Source: Takakia lepidozioides (lineage: Eukaryota > Plantae > Bryophyta). Taken from it: a stretch of DNA of 64,000 nt. How positions within the stretch are numbered: position 1 is the stretch's first letter; every line of letters starts with the position of its first letter. The notes beneath the pieces were generated by a model, which was given only the letters and a program-made list of their open reading frames with translations, made no database searches and had not been told where the DNA came from. The stretch covers positions 12,152,001 through 12,216,000 of the forward strand of contig CM060732.1 of the NCBI GenBank assembly GCA_030704615.1, given 5' to 3'. A program made the translations under genes and the position numbers. This document shows, one piece after another, positions 26,501-40,399 of the stretch.

Positions 26501-29500
26501 CCCCTGTTTCGCCGAAAGCCAGCTTGGCCTTCGTGGAAACAACCTCTAGACTCCAGATCAACCTCGAGACGAGTACTTATAACTCTGCAGAATGTCTTGC
26601 CAACAGCATTGAGGAGCGTGATGCCACGGTAGTTCCCCGGTTCTTCTCTGTCACCCTTCTTGTATAGATTGACAATGACCCCCTGTCGCCAGCGAAAGGG
26701 GATCATTTCAGTCTTCCAGATAAGGTTAAAGAGGAGAACTAGGGCCTCTATCATGGGATCGCCACCGTGCTTGATAAGCTCGTTGACAATACCATCAGGT
26801 CCACCAGCTTTATATCCATTTAAATGTTCAATTGCTTCCACAATCTCAGAAGAACTAATGGGAGCATTATAAGCCATTGAAATATACTCCAGTTCATCAG
26901 GGCTGTTTTGAATCATAGGAACAGTTTTTCCAACTGTGTCCCTCCATTTAGCAGAAGACCCCTCACTGTTAGACCTAGAAGTTCTACTGTAGTGAGTTTC
27001 AAAGGTTTTGACAATGTCAACCGATGAAATCACCACTGCACCTTTAGTAGTCTTCAGCGCTTGTACTTGCTGACCGTTTTTCGGTTTGTACAAACGTTGA
27101 AGGGCCAACCAGAATTTCTTGTCATTACCACCATGGTGGTTTGAGTTTATTTCACTGTATAACTTGTCCCAGTATAATTTCTTCTGAGACCTAACAAGCT
27201 GATTGATATCTTTACGGAGCTGGTAGTACCTCGCCCACAATTCTCTGTTGGTTTCCAAATTGCAGCACTCTTTATAGAGGGCTCGTCTCTCAGCTATCTT
27301 GAGTTTAATCTCATTAGTCCACCAATTAACTGCTCTACCGCAGACAATTAGTTTCCGCCCAATGATCTTGTCAGCCACGGAGGAAACGAAACTCTCCCAA
27401 GAGTCCACTGCTCTTTCGACTTCATTTCTTGCGTTAACAGAGCGTGACTGAAGTTCTTGGAGCGATTGGACAAAATGAGGGAGAGCCTCTTGCAAGGCCT
27501 GGACGTACTCAGCCTTGACCTCCTCATTGTGGAATTTTTCTATGCGCCGCTTCCGAATCGAACGTTTCACAGATCTCTTGGTGGTGGGAAAACACCTTTT
27601 GATCTCAGTCCAAACCAGGAAGTGGTCAGAGGTACCAATATCAGTTCTGTCGATCAACACATTGGCACACTGGGGGAACAAAATTTTGTCCATTATGATA
27701 TAGTCCACAATGGAACGTTCCCCAGTTTGGGGTTTCTCACGAGTCCACTGCACTTGGCCACCTCTTGTCCTGTTATTCAAGGTCAAAAGCTGAAGCTCTT
27801 CTAGACAGTTAATTAACCGTCTGCCATTAGAATTCAGCTCGTCCTCACCAAAAGGTCCAATGATATCGTCCTGATGGATCCCTTTGCCCACCCGGGCATT
27901 GAAGTCCCCCAATAGTACCACCTGACCTTTGGCAAGGAACCTCACCTCACCTAAACCCTAAACCTCACCTTGAATAGAATTGCCCCACTTGCTCTGCCAT
28001 CTACGCATGAATGAAAGCTTAGGGCATTTGAATGAATACCCCAACTTCACTGTGTACGCAAAGAAAGGTGTTTTTTTTGGATCCATCCACGTCCATTCTC
28101 CAGGGTCGAATTGAAGACCTGCTAGGGGGTGAGTGAGAAATCAATTGAATTTCGAGTGCAGGGCCCAATCATCTTCTTGCCCTAGTGGGGGGTTTGGGTT
28201 TGGCCTTCCTTTATCATCAATGATACGAATTGGAGCCAGGAGCCAGAACGGCAGTGCTCATGGAGGTCCTTCCTTTGAAGGTCAGGTTGCCCCATCTGTC
28301 CACACCGAAAGCAAGCCCCCAAGCTTCATTGTCCTGAATAGAGGTGACAAATATGGCAGAGGTTGGAGTAGTTTGAGTCGTACCCATCCACACTGGCAGG
28401 GACACAGGTCCGTCCTGGCTTTGCAACAAGGGTTCAATGTAAGGTGGGATTTGATCCAAAATGGACTTCCAAGCTCTTGCTCTTCTCTGCCACATAAGAG
28501 CAGTGACCAGCTGTGGGGGGAGGAAAGATTTCTGCTCCCAAATGTGAGCCGAGTGAAACAGTCCAGCTTGTTCCCAGGCCGCCCATTTGGGTTTGAGACT
28601 AATCAGATCCTCTGAGTCCATGTTATAATTTCCAAACAGCGGCTGCCTGATACATTTGTCGAAGTTTTTTGGCATTCTCTGGGTGAGAGCTGGTCGCATA
28701 TTACACCAGGATTTCCAAATAGATGCCCAACATTTCCAAGCTACTTTGATTTACCCCTCCCCTGCACCACCCATCTGAGAGAATCTGCCCACATCGAGGA
28801 AGAGGTTTGGCTGGCTCCAACTAAATATTTTTGGACCAGTCTACTCCACGGTGTGTGCACATTCTGAAGGGCCCTTGGCACCCATTTTGCAAGGAGAGCC
28901 ATAACTTGTGCTTCTGGATCAATGAGGCCCAAACCTTAACTTTTTGGGCTGGCACAGCTGTTTCCAGGAGAGTAAGGCTCTGCGCTTTGGGGATGCCATT
29001 GTTTGCCCCCATAAAATCTTCCTCATGAGGGCCTCGACCTGTTTAATCAAAGCAGGTCCTGGATCCCAGACAGCCGAGAAGAACCAAGTTGAGGCAAGGA
29101 GGACTTGATTAAGGACAAGGGCCCTTCCTGCTATGGACAACATGGAAGAGCTCCAGAAAGCTAACTTCTTTTTTAACTTAGCCAGCACCCCCTGAAAGCG
29201 TTGCTCATCATTTAATTCTAGGCCAACCTGACGACCCAAGAGGGTGTGAGAGTGGCCCTCTGCCAGCCATCTGAGTCCCAAATCCTCCCCCCATGGCTGG
29301 CAGTGGCTGCTTTGGGGATGCAGTTGAAGACGAGAGAGGATCCCCACTGACTTAGCCCAATTAATCTTGAGCCCTGATGCGAGACAAAATGTCTGCAGAG
29401 CCTGCAGTGCTCTATCAATGTTGTCTATGCTCTTATTATCAAGAAGCAGCGTTGTATCATGAGCATACGTCGAGAGTTTTATCATGTGGGAGGGAGAGGG

Positions 29501-29810
29501 ATTGGTGGGGAGATATGCAGACCAATGATGTCCTCTCTAACCTGCAGCAGGTGTCCCAGGGTATCTGCTGCTATCAGAAATAGGAATGGTGCCAAGGGAC
29601 ACCCGTGTCTCACTGAGCGGGAGAGAGGAAAGGCCTCAGATATTACCCCATTCACCATTACTCTACTTGATGCTGATGACAGCAGAATTTTAACCCAAAA
29701 GAGAAAGGGGCCCTCAAGCCCTATTTTGGACGCAGTCTGAAACAAGAGCTCCCACCCAACAGGATCAAATGCTTTCTCAAAGTCCAGCATCAAGAAGGCC
29801 AAAGGCTGGT
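23600..29810 (-). mobile_element. 5'-truncated L1-like LINE (RT to zf-RVT and 3' UTR), split by a second LINE
   Basis: LDFEKAFD, RSVRHGCPLAPFLF, YAHDTTL (degenerate YADD), SGLKINWAKS, GRALVLNQVL, and C-terminal LWNLWKARC. Many frameshifts. Ends are approximate. Confidence 0.88.
24776..27962 (-). mobile_element. 5'-truncated APE-RT LINE (non-L1, RTE/RTEX-like) inserted into the L1 with a 16 bp TSD
   Basis: TSD cctcaccttgaataga at 24760-24775 and 27963-27978. Endonuclease GDFNARVG/DYI/SDH; RT GQAGFR, LDVKKAYD, QGCTLSP, FADD; C-terminal CPLC...HFLIHC. One frameshift near 26035. Confidence 0.93.
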
Positions 29811-30886
29811 CATTCTGAGTGGCTTATGAAGCCATGCACTTCGATTTCTACCCTTGTTACAGATGATTTATGTCTAGTGGTCATGTGTGGAATGGGGTAC
29901 GAGGATGACAGGAGTTCAATGTAGGAAGTTTAGATCATTGTCAAATCAGTTCATGCTTTTCTGCATTAACAGTGACTATCAACTGCTGCAACAGTCCACC
30001 AATATTTGGACACACAAATAAACGTGTGATATTAGGCTGCCCGTGAGACAAATTCTGATTTGGACTTATTTCCGCTGTACTCATTCTCATATAGGTCTCT
30101 CCGAATAGTTCTTTCTTCTCTCTCTCATCCTTTGATTAGGGACTGCTACTTGGCTTCGTAGCTTTTTTTGAGGGTTTGAGGCCTTGCTCTTTGATATGTC
30201 TCCTTATGCATGGTTATTTTTTCCTTGTCTTTATTGGCTGTTCTTTATTCTAAAGAGGAGACTAATGAAAATAATGGATGAATTCTCAAGTTTACTATGA
30301 ATGAAAGTAGATTTCATTGAGGAGCGATAGGCCATTAGCCGCTTGTTAATATATTCAGGGCTCCATCTACTTCACGAAGACCAGAAAGGTAAACCAAACT
30401 TCTATCAATCCCACCCCAAATGGAAACCATGGATTTTCATTTTCCCTTCAACCCAGCTTGGAACCATTAACTCTAGCTCAGGCTGAGCGTCGCCTCAAGC
30501 CATCAAAACTTTGCCCCAAGCCTCTCTCCCCAACCCCCTCCCCCCCCCCCCTCCTCTCCATCCCCGCAACTAGCCTTATGCATAGCCTCTCTTTGCCCGC
30601 TTCTTTGCCCTCTTCCCTCAATACGTGTATTGCGTGTTCACGGTGTGGAGTCTCCTCCTAGTATGACACTCAGAGCGCCTTAATTTGTTCACTATGGGTC
30701 CCAATGGCAAAGTAAATTCCCTTAGGCTGAGGCTTGGAGTTGAGCCAATCGTGGTCCTCTAAGACCCCCCTTCATCCCTATATGCTGGCGTGTTGTTCCG
30801 GTCCTCAATTTCAGCTCTGAAAGCGCGCCCTAGCCATCTTTGGTGATTGGCTTCTGTCAACGGTCAAGAGCGAGCGGTGGGCTCGT

Positions 30887-33800
30887 CGTTGAAGCTATAG
30901 TTTCGGAGAGATAGACGTGCATAGCTTAGGGATATCTCTAGCGAGATAGACATGCACCGCTCAGGGATATTTTTAGCAGGACTGCCTCATGTATATAGTG
31001 TGTTGCTTTATCAATGAAAGTACGTGCCTTCGTCTCCAAACCTTTCTACTTGTCTAGCACCCTGCACACTCTAGCCTCTGCTCAAGCTCCTCACCGTGGG
31101 GGACTCTGAAAGCTCACAGGTTATGGGCCCATGCTTTGGGTATGTAGACAAGTTCACTGGAAAGGACTTCATGTTGTGGAAGTTTAAGATGGAGACCCTG
31201 CTGAAGGCAAGGGAGTTGTGGGGCCTTATCGATGGACGAGAAGCGAAGCCAACAGAAGCAGCAGCTCTTGCCACCTATGAGAAGAAGGAGGGTCGTGCAT
31301 TAAACCTCATCATTCAAAGCCTTTCTGATGGTCAGCTACTTGCAATGCGAAAGGAGACTACTACGAAGGGAATTTGGGAAGCTGTCCAGACTCGGCATAT
31401 AGACAAGGGCCTAAGCAACCGGTTGTTCTTGACGCAAAAGTTCTTCACGTCACAAATGAGCTCTGGAGATACCATGGACATGCATCTTAGTAAGTTGGGT
31501 TCCATGGCAGACGAGTTGGACGCCATCGGTGCTTCCATCCCTGACGAAGTAAAGGTAATGGTACTCATGATGAGTCTACCTGAGAGTTACGGGTTTTTGG
31601 TCACATCTCTAGAGTCTCTAGAAGCTGTCGATCCAAAGAAATTAACTTGGGAAGTCGTAGCTACAAGGTTGATCAACGAGGAAATGATCAGGAAAGAGAA
31701 GAGTGGGGCTTCTGAATCCAATTCCACTGAGTCAGCTTTGGTATCACACAAAGTAAATCGTTACACCTGTAGAGATAAGAGTGAAGATGTCTGTAACCAC
31801 TGCGGGGAGAAGGGTCATTGGGCAAGAGAATGTAGGAAGAGGAAAGCTGAACTGGCCAAAAGGAGATTTGAGCAAGGGAACAATGTCGAAAGTGAGGAGG
31901 CCTTTACGTGTGCACTTGTTGTCTCTTACGAATCTGACACATGGTACATAGATTCTGGAGCATCCTCACACCTGTCACACCGGAGAGAGTGGTTCAAGAA
32001 CTATGAGAGCATCCCACCTGTAAAGATATACATGGAGGATAATTCTACTTAGGAAGCCATTGGCAGAGGAAATATAGAGATTGTGATGTCAGTGGGAGAT
32101 AACACCACAATAGGATTACTCACTGAAGTCTTGCATGTCCCCTGGGATGGCCAAAATCTTTTATCTGTCAGTAAGGCAACGTCACTCGGTCATGTCTTTG
32201 AGTTTGGTGACAACACGATTTTACTGAGGAACAGTAAAAGGAAAGTGATCGGACATGGAGTACGTGACAATCGACTTTACAAATTGCATTGTAGCACCAA
32301 GTTGTGTCCAGTGGAGAACGCTCACATTTCCACCTTAAGATAAGCACACGACGTCAGTTTGTGGCACATGAGGTTGGGTCACTTAGGTGTGGAGAACATG
32401 AAGCTCTTGTCAAAGAAGAACCTGGTTGAAGGACTTTCCATCAGTAAGGAGGCAACGCTTCCTTTTTGCGAAAGTTGTGTACAAGGGATGCAGCATAGGG
32501 AGCCGTTTCCAAAAGGTGAAGCCTCGAGAGCAACGGAGCTCCTAGCGTTGGTACATTCTGACTTGTGGGGACCAGCCAGGACTCCTTCACTTACTGGAGC
32601 CAAGTACTTTGTCCTTTACAGATGATTTCTCAAGAAAGTCTTTTTGTTATTTCTTGAAAAGCAAAGGAGGGTGTTTCTCCAAGTTTAAGCAGTTTAAGGC
32701 TTTTGCAGAAAACCAAACAGGAAAGAAGATAAAAGTCTTGCGGAGTGACAACGGAGGAGAATTTCTGTCGACCGAATTTCAAAAAAATTTGAAGGAGCTT
32801 GGGATTCAACATCAAACCTCGGCACCCTACACACCCCAGCAAAACGGGGTAGCAGAACGACTCAACCGAACACTTGTGGAGTCGGCTCGATGCATGTTGC
32901 ATCAACGAAGTGTGAAGCCAAAATTTTGGGCAGAGGCCGTCAACACTGCAGTTTATCTCAAGCCAAGGAGCCCACACAAAGCAATAGAAGGGATTACGCC
33001 TAAAGAGAAATGGAGTGGGAGGAAGCCTGAAGTGAAGCATTTGAGGATCTTCGGTTGTACATCTTATGCCCGTAAGCCCGACCAAATGAGGAGCAAGCTG
33101 AAAGCCAAAAGCAAGCACTTTTGTTGGGTATAGCTCAGATTCCAAAGCTTATCGTCTAATCGACGAAGACACTGGAAAACTACTCATCAGCCAAGATATT
33201 GTGTTCAACGAAGGGCTAGTTGTTGTTCCTGACACCAATAGGGGAAACAAGGACGATGTAGTTGAAGTGGGAGCACGATTGGAAGAAAGCCCAGTCGAAG
33301 GTGACCAGGAGGATGAGTCCAATGACGATCAACCTTCGCTTGCAGGGGGATCCACCGAGGCACATACACCCAAAGCCACTGCAGAAACAACCTCCCAACA
33401 CTTGGTCGATCTGCGAGTTTCATCATCTGACTGAAGTCCCTGCTGCCTCAACGCAAATGCCTACCAGAAAGTCAACTCGTGTCACTGGAGCACCACGCAA
33501 CCTTCTTGATTATGCATGTGTAGCAGCCATGGACGAGCCGGTTACCCTTTCTGAAGTTTTACAGAAGGAGGATGGCAAGAAATGGAAAGAGGCAGCGGAC
33601 AAAGAGTACAATGCCCTGATGAAAAATAATACGTGGGAACTCACCAAGCTCCCTGAAGGACGCAAAGCTGTTGGTAACAAATGGGTCTTCAGGATCAAGA
33701 GAAAAACAAATGGTGAGTTGATCGGTACCGCGCTCGATTGGTGGCAAAAGGGTTCTCCTAGACACAAGGTATTGATTTTTGCGAGACATTTGCTCCAGTG

Positions 33801-34794
33801 GCAAAGTTTGCATCAATTCGCACAATGCTAGCCATTGTCGCAGCACTTGACTTGGAGATACAACAAATGGACGTCAAGAGTGCCTTCCTCAATGGAGAAC
33901 TGTGTGAGACTGTGTTCATGGAACAACCCGAAGGATATGAAAGCTGTGAACACAAGGGGCTCGTTTGTAAGCTAAAGAAGGCCATTTATGGCTTGAAACA
34001 GGCTCAAAGGGTGTGGAACGACAGGATAAATGATTTTTTTACACGTCTTGGTTTCAGAAGATGCCATTCAGATCATAGTGTTTACGAGTGCTCAGATGAG
34101 AAAGGTGTGCAGCTCTTTTTGGCCTTGTATGTAGATGACCTACTGATTTTTGGGAAAGACATGAATGCCATTAACGAGGTGAAAGAAGTACTCTCTCGTG
34201 AATTTGAGATGAAAGATAGAGGTAAACCAGAGTACTGCATAGGGATCCAAGTGGTGAGGGACAGAAAGAGAAAGAGCATCAGTCTCAACCAACCAAAGTG
34301 TGTGGGAGAGATTCTAAGTCGCTTTGGCACGGAGAACTATAAACCTGTGAGAACGCCCCTGGACATCAACATGAAGCTTGTCAAAGGAGAGCAAACAAGG
34401 ACACAAGAGGAGATTAATGCCATGCAAGGGGTGCCCTACAAGGAGGTCGTCGGCAGTCTCATGTTTGCTATGGTGGCCACTAGACCTGACCTTGCTACAC
34501 CGGTAGGAATGGTGAGTCAATATATGCAGGATCCAACCTTAATGCATTGGCAGGCTGTGAAGCGAATCTTGAGATACCTTCAAGAGACAAGGGATTATTG
34601 GCTTCATTACTCTGGGGATGGAGTAATTCTCTCTGGCTTGTGCGATGCTGATTGGGGAGGCGATTTGGACACTAGGAGGTCCACCACTGGATTCGCATTC
34701 CTTCTCAACAATGTTGCAATCACTTGGTCAAGCAGGAAGCAGCCCACTATGGCTCTGTCAACAACAGAGGCGGAGTACATGGCTGCATCCCAAG
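30887..34794 (+). mobile_element. Ty1/copia LTR retrotransposon, 3'-truncated in RNase H by a CACTA end
   Basis: Putative 5' LTR at about 30887-31118 ending ACA; PBS GGTTATGGGCCCA; gag knuckle CNHCGEKGHWAREC; protease WYIDSGAS; GAG-pre-integrase WHMRLGH; integrase RSDNGGEF, QQNGVAER; RT YVDDLL; RNase H DADWGGD...EAEYMA. Stops and frameshifts present. Confidence 0.93.
31119..31131 (+). promoter_or_regulatory. Half-tRNA(iMet) primer binding site
   Basis: GGTTATGGGCCCA directly after the LTR-terminal CA matches the half-tRNA PBS of copia/Osser-type elements. Confidence 0.8.
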
Positions 34795-35680
34795 CACTAG
34801 AAGAAAAACGCGGAATAACCACTGGCCCGCTTAACCACTCTTGTCTTTTACCACTCTATAAATCACTCCAAGTAATGGTAACCACTGGCCAGTGGTTAAT
34901 TCCGATGAAATGCCACGGTGGCATCATATGGAGTGGTTGGAAGTGGTTTCAACCACTGAGTAATCCACGTGTAATATTTAATTTTATATTTATTATTCGA
35001 CATTTGGTCAAATATTTATATTAATAATGATAATATCCGACATGGACGGGTACAGTGATAAATTATGAGTGGTTAAGACACCTCAGTGATGGGAAGTGGT
35101 TGAAACCACTTTCTACTCCACGTGTAATTTTTTTTTTAAAGATTTTTATCATTTCAAAATATATTATTCTACGTGGACGAGGATAGTATACGTAGATCTG
35201 GAGTGGTTAAAGACCCCCCACTGATTGGTACCACTTGCACAGTGGTGGAATGTGAGTGGTTAAGACCCTTTTGTAACTGGAACCACTCTTCAAGTAAGCA
35301 CTTGTGAGTGGTTACATACACATGAGTGATTGGTACCACTTCTGTGGTGGGTTGTGAGTGGTTGAAGATACCCGAGTGATGGGAGGTGATTGAAACCACT
35401 TGCTACTCCACGTGTAATAATTCAATTTTTATTTAAGATTTATTATTTCGAAATATATTTTAATTATGAACTATATTATTCCACGTGGACGGGGACAGTA
35501 TACGTTCTGGAGTGGTTAAAGACCCCCATTGATTGGTACCACTTTGAGAGTGGTGTAGAGTGAGTGGTTACAGACCATTTAGTAACTAGAACCACTCGGC
35601 CAGTGGTTACGCGTGAGTGATTACATACACACCAGTGATTGGTATTACTTCTATGGTGATACATGAAAAACTTTAGTGGT
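34795..35680. mobile_element. CACTA (En/Spm) transposon terminus with AACCACT/AGTGGTT subterminal repeats
   Basis: CACTAGAAGAAAAA begins exactly where the copia RNase H homology stops, followed by many direct and inverted aaccact motifs. No matching opposite TIR was found. Confidence 0.85.
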
Positions 35681-35883
35681 ATGTGTGTTGATGGAAAACC
35701 CAAAATCCATCCATCTATCGCTACATTCATCCATCCAGTCATGAGTAGAGGGGACTTAGCGTTTTTTTTGTCTTCCCTACCACTGTGGCATCTGTTTGTT
35801 TTCTTTCGAGTTTGATCGTGAGAGACAAACATGACAGAGCTGTGTTTGTTTTCTTATAGTGTCGAGTCTGATCATGAGAGACA

Positions 35884-36360
35884 ACGGGCGGAGCTAGTGG
35901 GATAGGGGCAGACAGGGACTCAAGACCTAGAATCGGGGCATGAAGGCATGCACGATGGTGGGATAACCGCGATCGCAAGGTGTGGCTTTTCTCAATGTAC
36001 AATGACGAGCGGAGCTGGTGGGATAGGGGGCAGACAGGGACTCAAGACCTAGAATCGGGGCATGAAGGCGTGCACGATGGTGGGACAACCGCGATCGCAA
36101 GGTGTGGCTTTTCTCAATGTACAATGACGAGCGGAGCTGGTGGGATAGGGGGCAGACATAGAATCGGGGCATGAAGGCATGCACGATGGTGGGACAACCG
36201 CGATCGCAAGGTGTGGCTTTTTCTCAATGTACGATGACGAGTGGAGCTGGTGGGATAGGGGGCAGACAGGGACTCAAGCCCTAGAATCGGGGCATGAAGG
36301 CGTGCACGATGGTGGGACAATCGCGATCGCAAGGTGTGGCTTTTTCTCAATGTACGATGT
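35884..36360. repeat. Tandem repeat, ~119 bp unit, about 4 copies (partial copy at 36729-36783)
   Basis: Repeating gatggtgggacaaccgcgatcgcaaggtgtggcttttctcaatgtac...tagaatcggggcatgaagg. Confidence 0.92.
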
Positions 36361-39300
36361 GAAGAATTTTGTCCATCCTGCAAATGCGGGCTCTTGGCTC
36401 CTGTTAGACGTACCATGATTTTGTATTCTTCCTGATGTTTACAAGGTTCTTGGGAGAGTCAGGTTGGTCTTAGCAAATCGTGTTTCAATCTCTGCTCGCT
36501 CAGCTGCACCGTGGTGGTTCTCATGGACCAATCCGCCATTACCAGACTACAGACACAAGTAGTACACACAAGAGGTCCGTTTGGGTTCATGGGGAGTCAA
36601 ATCCTCCATGGGTCATGGGGAGTCAAATCCTCCATGGGTCATGACACAAGGTCAAGGACAATGTGGTAAGGGCACCTTCTTCTTCGACCTATTTCAGAGC
36701 TTGCATGAGTTTTTTACCGATCATTGCCGATGGTGGGACAATCGCAATCGCAAGGTGTGGCTTTTCCTTAATGTAGGATGTGAAGTTTATTTGATATACC
36801 ATTCAACTGCTTTCATTGAAGTATACGTTACATTGTTGAACATGAAAATTTTGTTTTTCATCCCCAAACTCCCTAGTCTCATATTAGCAAAGGAGAATTG
36901 ACCTCTATCCCTATACCATCCATAAAGTTATTTAGCAATTGACCCTACGGTCTACCTCTTGATCACGTTCTTCTACCTCTTCATATCTACTATTCATCAT
37001 ATGAATCACCATCTTTCTATTCAAATCTTTGAAGTCCTATCCAAATAACATTGTCTCAGATTGAATATTTTGTTTCATTTGTGATTTTATGATCATTTTT
37101 TAGTGAGGTTGTAATATTGAATTTAGTTAGAAAAGAATGACACTAATCAAATTCATTGCTCACCCTTTGGTATGATGTTGTGCTATTAATTATTTCTTTT
37201 ATTGTCTTTGCCTCTCACCTATATGGTACATATTTTTTACTTGACTTAGACGTTGATCACCAAGGAAAAATTGAGGGAGAGATAGGGATAAATCCATTGT
37301 TGATTTATCTCTCTTTCTCCTTGGCTCTTTTTTTCTTTAGTTCATTAGTGCTTTGTTTCCGTCACGCTCACTTTTCCACCTCTACTAGACCAAAATTTCT
37401 CATTTGGTGTTTTTTTGCTCTATCTATATGTATTATTTACCTTAAAAATTTATATCTAATTGAATGATGACTATGTGTCCTTTTCAGCATAGAAGACTAC
37501 ATATTTCAGTATTATATTGATCATTATAATGTAGATTGTCCATATTTGAGATTCAGTAGAACACAACGATTTGTGGGGGAACAGAACAATTTTGAAGATT
37601 GCAGTTGTTGTTTACTATTCACTTTCCATGTAAGACATTCATTGAAAAGTTATTGTGCCAAAAACCAAACATGATGGATTTTCCAACAATAATTCGTCAC
37701 TACCTTGATACTGAAAACTATTAAAAAATCTGCAACGCAAAAAGAGAGAGTCTAAAGTCATCTTTCTTTCAGATTTGGCTTCATTTTTGGGATGGGTACA
37801 TCACAATCTAAAAACTTATGCATTCAACCCCACATCCTAGAATCTAACATTATGGAAATGAAAAAAATGCAAAGTTGTCGCTTGAGGTAAGCCAAATGGA
37901 TTGCTAATCATTGATTGTTGTATTATTAACGTGACTAGGATAGACAAGGTACATTAAGCCTCGATACATTTTCCAGCCGTATCAACAAATGTGGAACTTC
38001 TGGACATAAATTCTCTTTATATGTAATGATCAAATAGATTCTAAATGTCCTAAAACCAATAGTAATACCAATGAAACCACAGGAAAAAAGTTCAAAGATT
38101 GGCGATTAAAAACAACGGGGTTTAATATGATAGATAAATTATTCATACATATAGTTTTGCATCATTCTTGAAACTAAATTGTGGTTTTTATCTTAATGCG
38201 GCAGGGAGAATTCAAAGTATAAACAAGTTTAAATCTTCAGTGTGCATGCAAGCTTCCATAATGGTTATGGAGATCAAGAGTTATCGCTCACCAACTTCAA
38301 CGAGTACCTCATCTGCACTAGATCAGAATTCTCAACTAGTGCCTTTAGTACCTGTGCTGACAGCTGAAGAAATTCAACTTTTTACTCTAAAAATAGAGGA
38401 ATTATTGAGGACACTTGTGGCAGAGACTGCCATCGTGATTAACAAAAAACAATTGATGAGCAGTCGTCTTGCATATACTTTGATAACAAAACTTAAGAAA
38501 AGAAAAGATTTCATGGCTTGGTTAGTAAGGTCGCAAGGACAAAACAAATGGCTGGATTTTGAGTAATTCTTGAATACGACGTATTGGTGAGAAAAATCAA
38601 GACCATTTTCTAATAAACATTGTATAGATTGCATGGTCTAATGACAGTTCATTTGGTCCATTGATCAACATGTTCAATGAAAACTTTCTCAAATCAACTA
38701 ATAGAAAATTATTGATTAAATTTGCACAAATTGACTTATAAGTGGAGATGGATGCTTCATCAATAGATATCTAATAACACAAGAAGATCATCCCAACAAA
38801 TTTGGACTATATTATTTGTTTATATAAGTGTGTCAGGTTGTGAGCTGTTTTGCACACAATTTGAATCATAAGTTGCCTTTGCCCCTTCATTAAATTAAGT
38901 TTTAATTTAATGTTGAAATTAAACTTTTAATATTGAAATTAAAAACTGGCCGTATTTTTGTTTGTCAATGGCTAATGCTAAGCAATTTTAAAACATTACT
39001 ATCATCAGTGCTAGCCCAATTTGATAGTGCGTGAATGCCACTTATTTCAAGGTTCAAATCTTGGATACCACATTGCATAGTGGGTCACCGTCTTTTTGGC
39101 GTCCAGTCTTGTCTGAAACTTAAGGCTTGTAGCTCCATATGTAATTTTTTTCTTTCAATAAAATAATAAACTGATACTTTGTTTCAGATTATTAATTCTA
39201 GTGACGACCAAAGGTTGGAGACTAGTATTAGCATAGAGCAGGAATAGGGTGTCTTTGTGCTCTGTCATTGTTGTCAAGTCTAGTCACCATGTCATCCTCG

Positions 39301-40399
39301 TCATGTTTCATATCCCACTATATATGGTCTTCGTATAACTCGGCACAACGATATGTATGCGCACGACAGCTGTCAAGTTATTTTACCACTAGTGTGAAAC
39401 TAGCTAGGAAATAGCTAGCTTTTACATATTGACATTTGGGATTGGCCCAAGTGTCAATCCAGGGGTCAAGGCAGATTTAGGCCCTGGAGTGGTTATCTTC
39501 ACGGCAAGCGCGGGAGGCTCATCTTTCTCGAGTTGAACCTCACTGCGCCTAGCTATGGCGCCGTAGTGTGGATTCCCCATGGCGTGGGGTGCACTTGGCT
39601 TGACTTGTATTTGAGTGATGAGGTTATATATGCATGAGTTTATGCTTCAGCTTTGTGAGCTCGTGCTTGTATTCTTCTTCTTTATCATTGTGTGGACTAG
39701 TGACTGCCATAGTGGGCAGCATAGTGGCAGCCTAGTGACTGACTAGTTGTAGCCTAGTGGTATACTCCCGGGGGTGCACTCTTCATAAAAAGACCATATC
39801 ACGTGCGTGCATCAGCCAATAAACAATACCCCTGTATATAGCTTAATTCATGAATTTATCATATGTATACATATTTTTAAAACTTTATTAAAACCCCTAA
39901 AGTATTTATATAAAACAAACAATTAATGAATAACAATACCCTGTTGTATGTATTCATGTGTTCATTGAGAATATAAAAACCCTTTATTTATGTATAATTT
40001 TTTAATACAAAATTATGGACAAATTATAGATCGGATTTTAAAAGAATCAAAATAACTTGTGTAACCAATAAAAATTAGTATAAAAATTATTTTCCGTTTA
40101 TAAAATTGTTAAAAACATGCTGAAATGTGTTGAGAAAGGTGCCTTCATTAGCAGTGCCTTGTTTTTATCAATTGTGCTGCTGCCGCTGCTGTTTCCACTT
40201 AGGCCAAAACAAGAAGATTTTTCTTTTAAGAAACGGAGGGGGAGGATTTGTGTGCAGCAGCAGCTGCTTCTCCTCCTCTCTCCCTCCCCCATTTTCCTTG
40301 GCCTAGTAGGGGGGAGAGAGACAGCAGAAACAGCTGCTGCTCTCTCCCTGCTCATCCCCCACATTTGATATACATGTTGATGTGGGTACTGTTCAAAAT

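Noticed and set aside
35739-36418. Repetitive ORFs (HTLRSRLSHHRA...)
   Set aside because: They are translations of the 119 bp tandem repeat.
38168-38566. 132 aa ORF, possibly a CACTA ORF2 remnant
   Set aside because: Resemblance is too weak to assign without a search.
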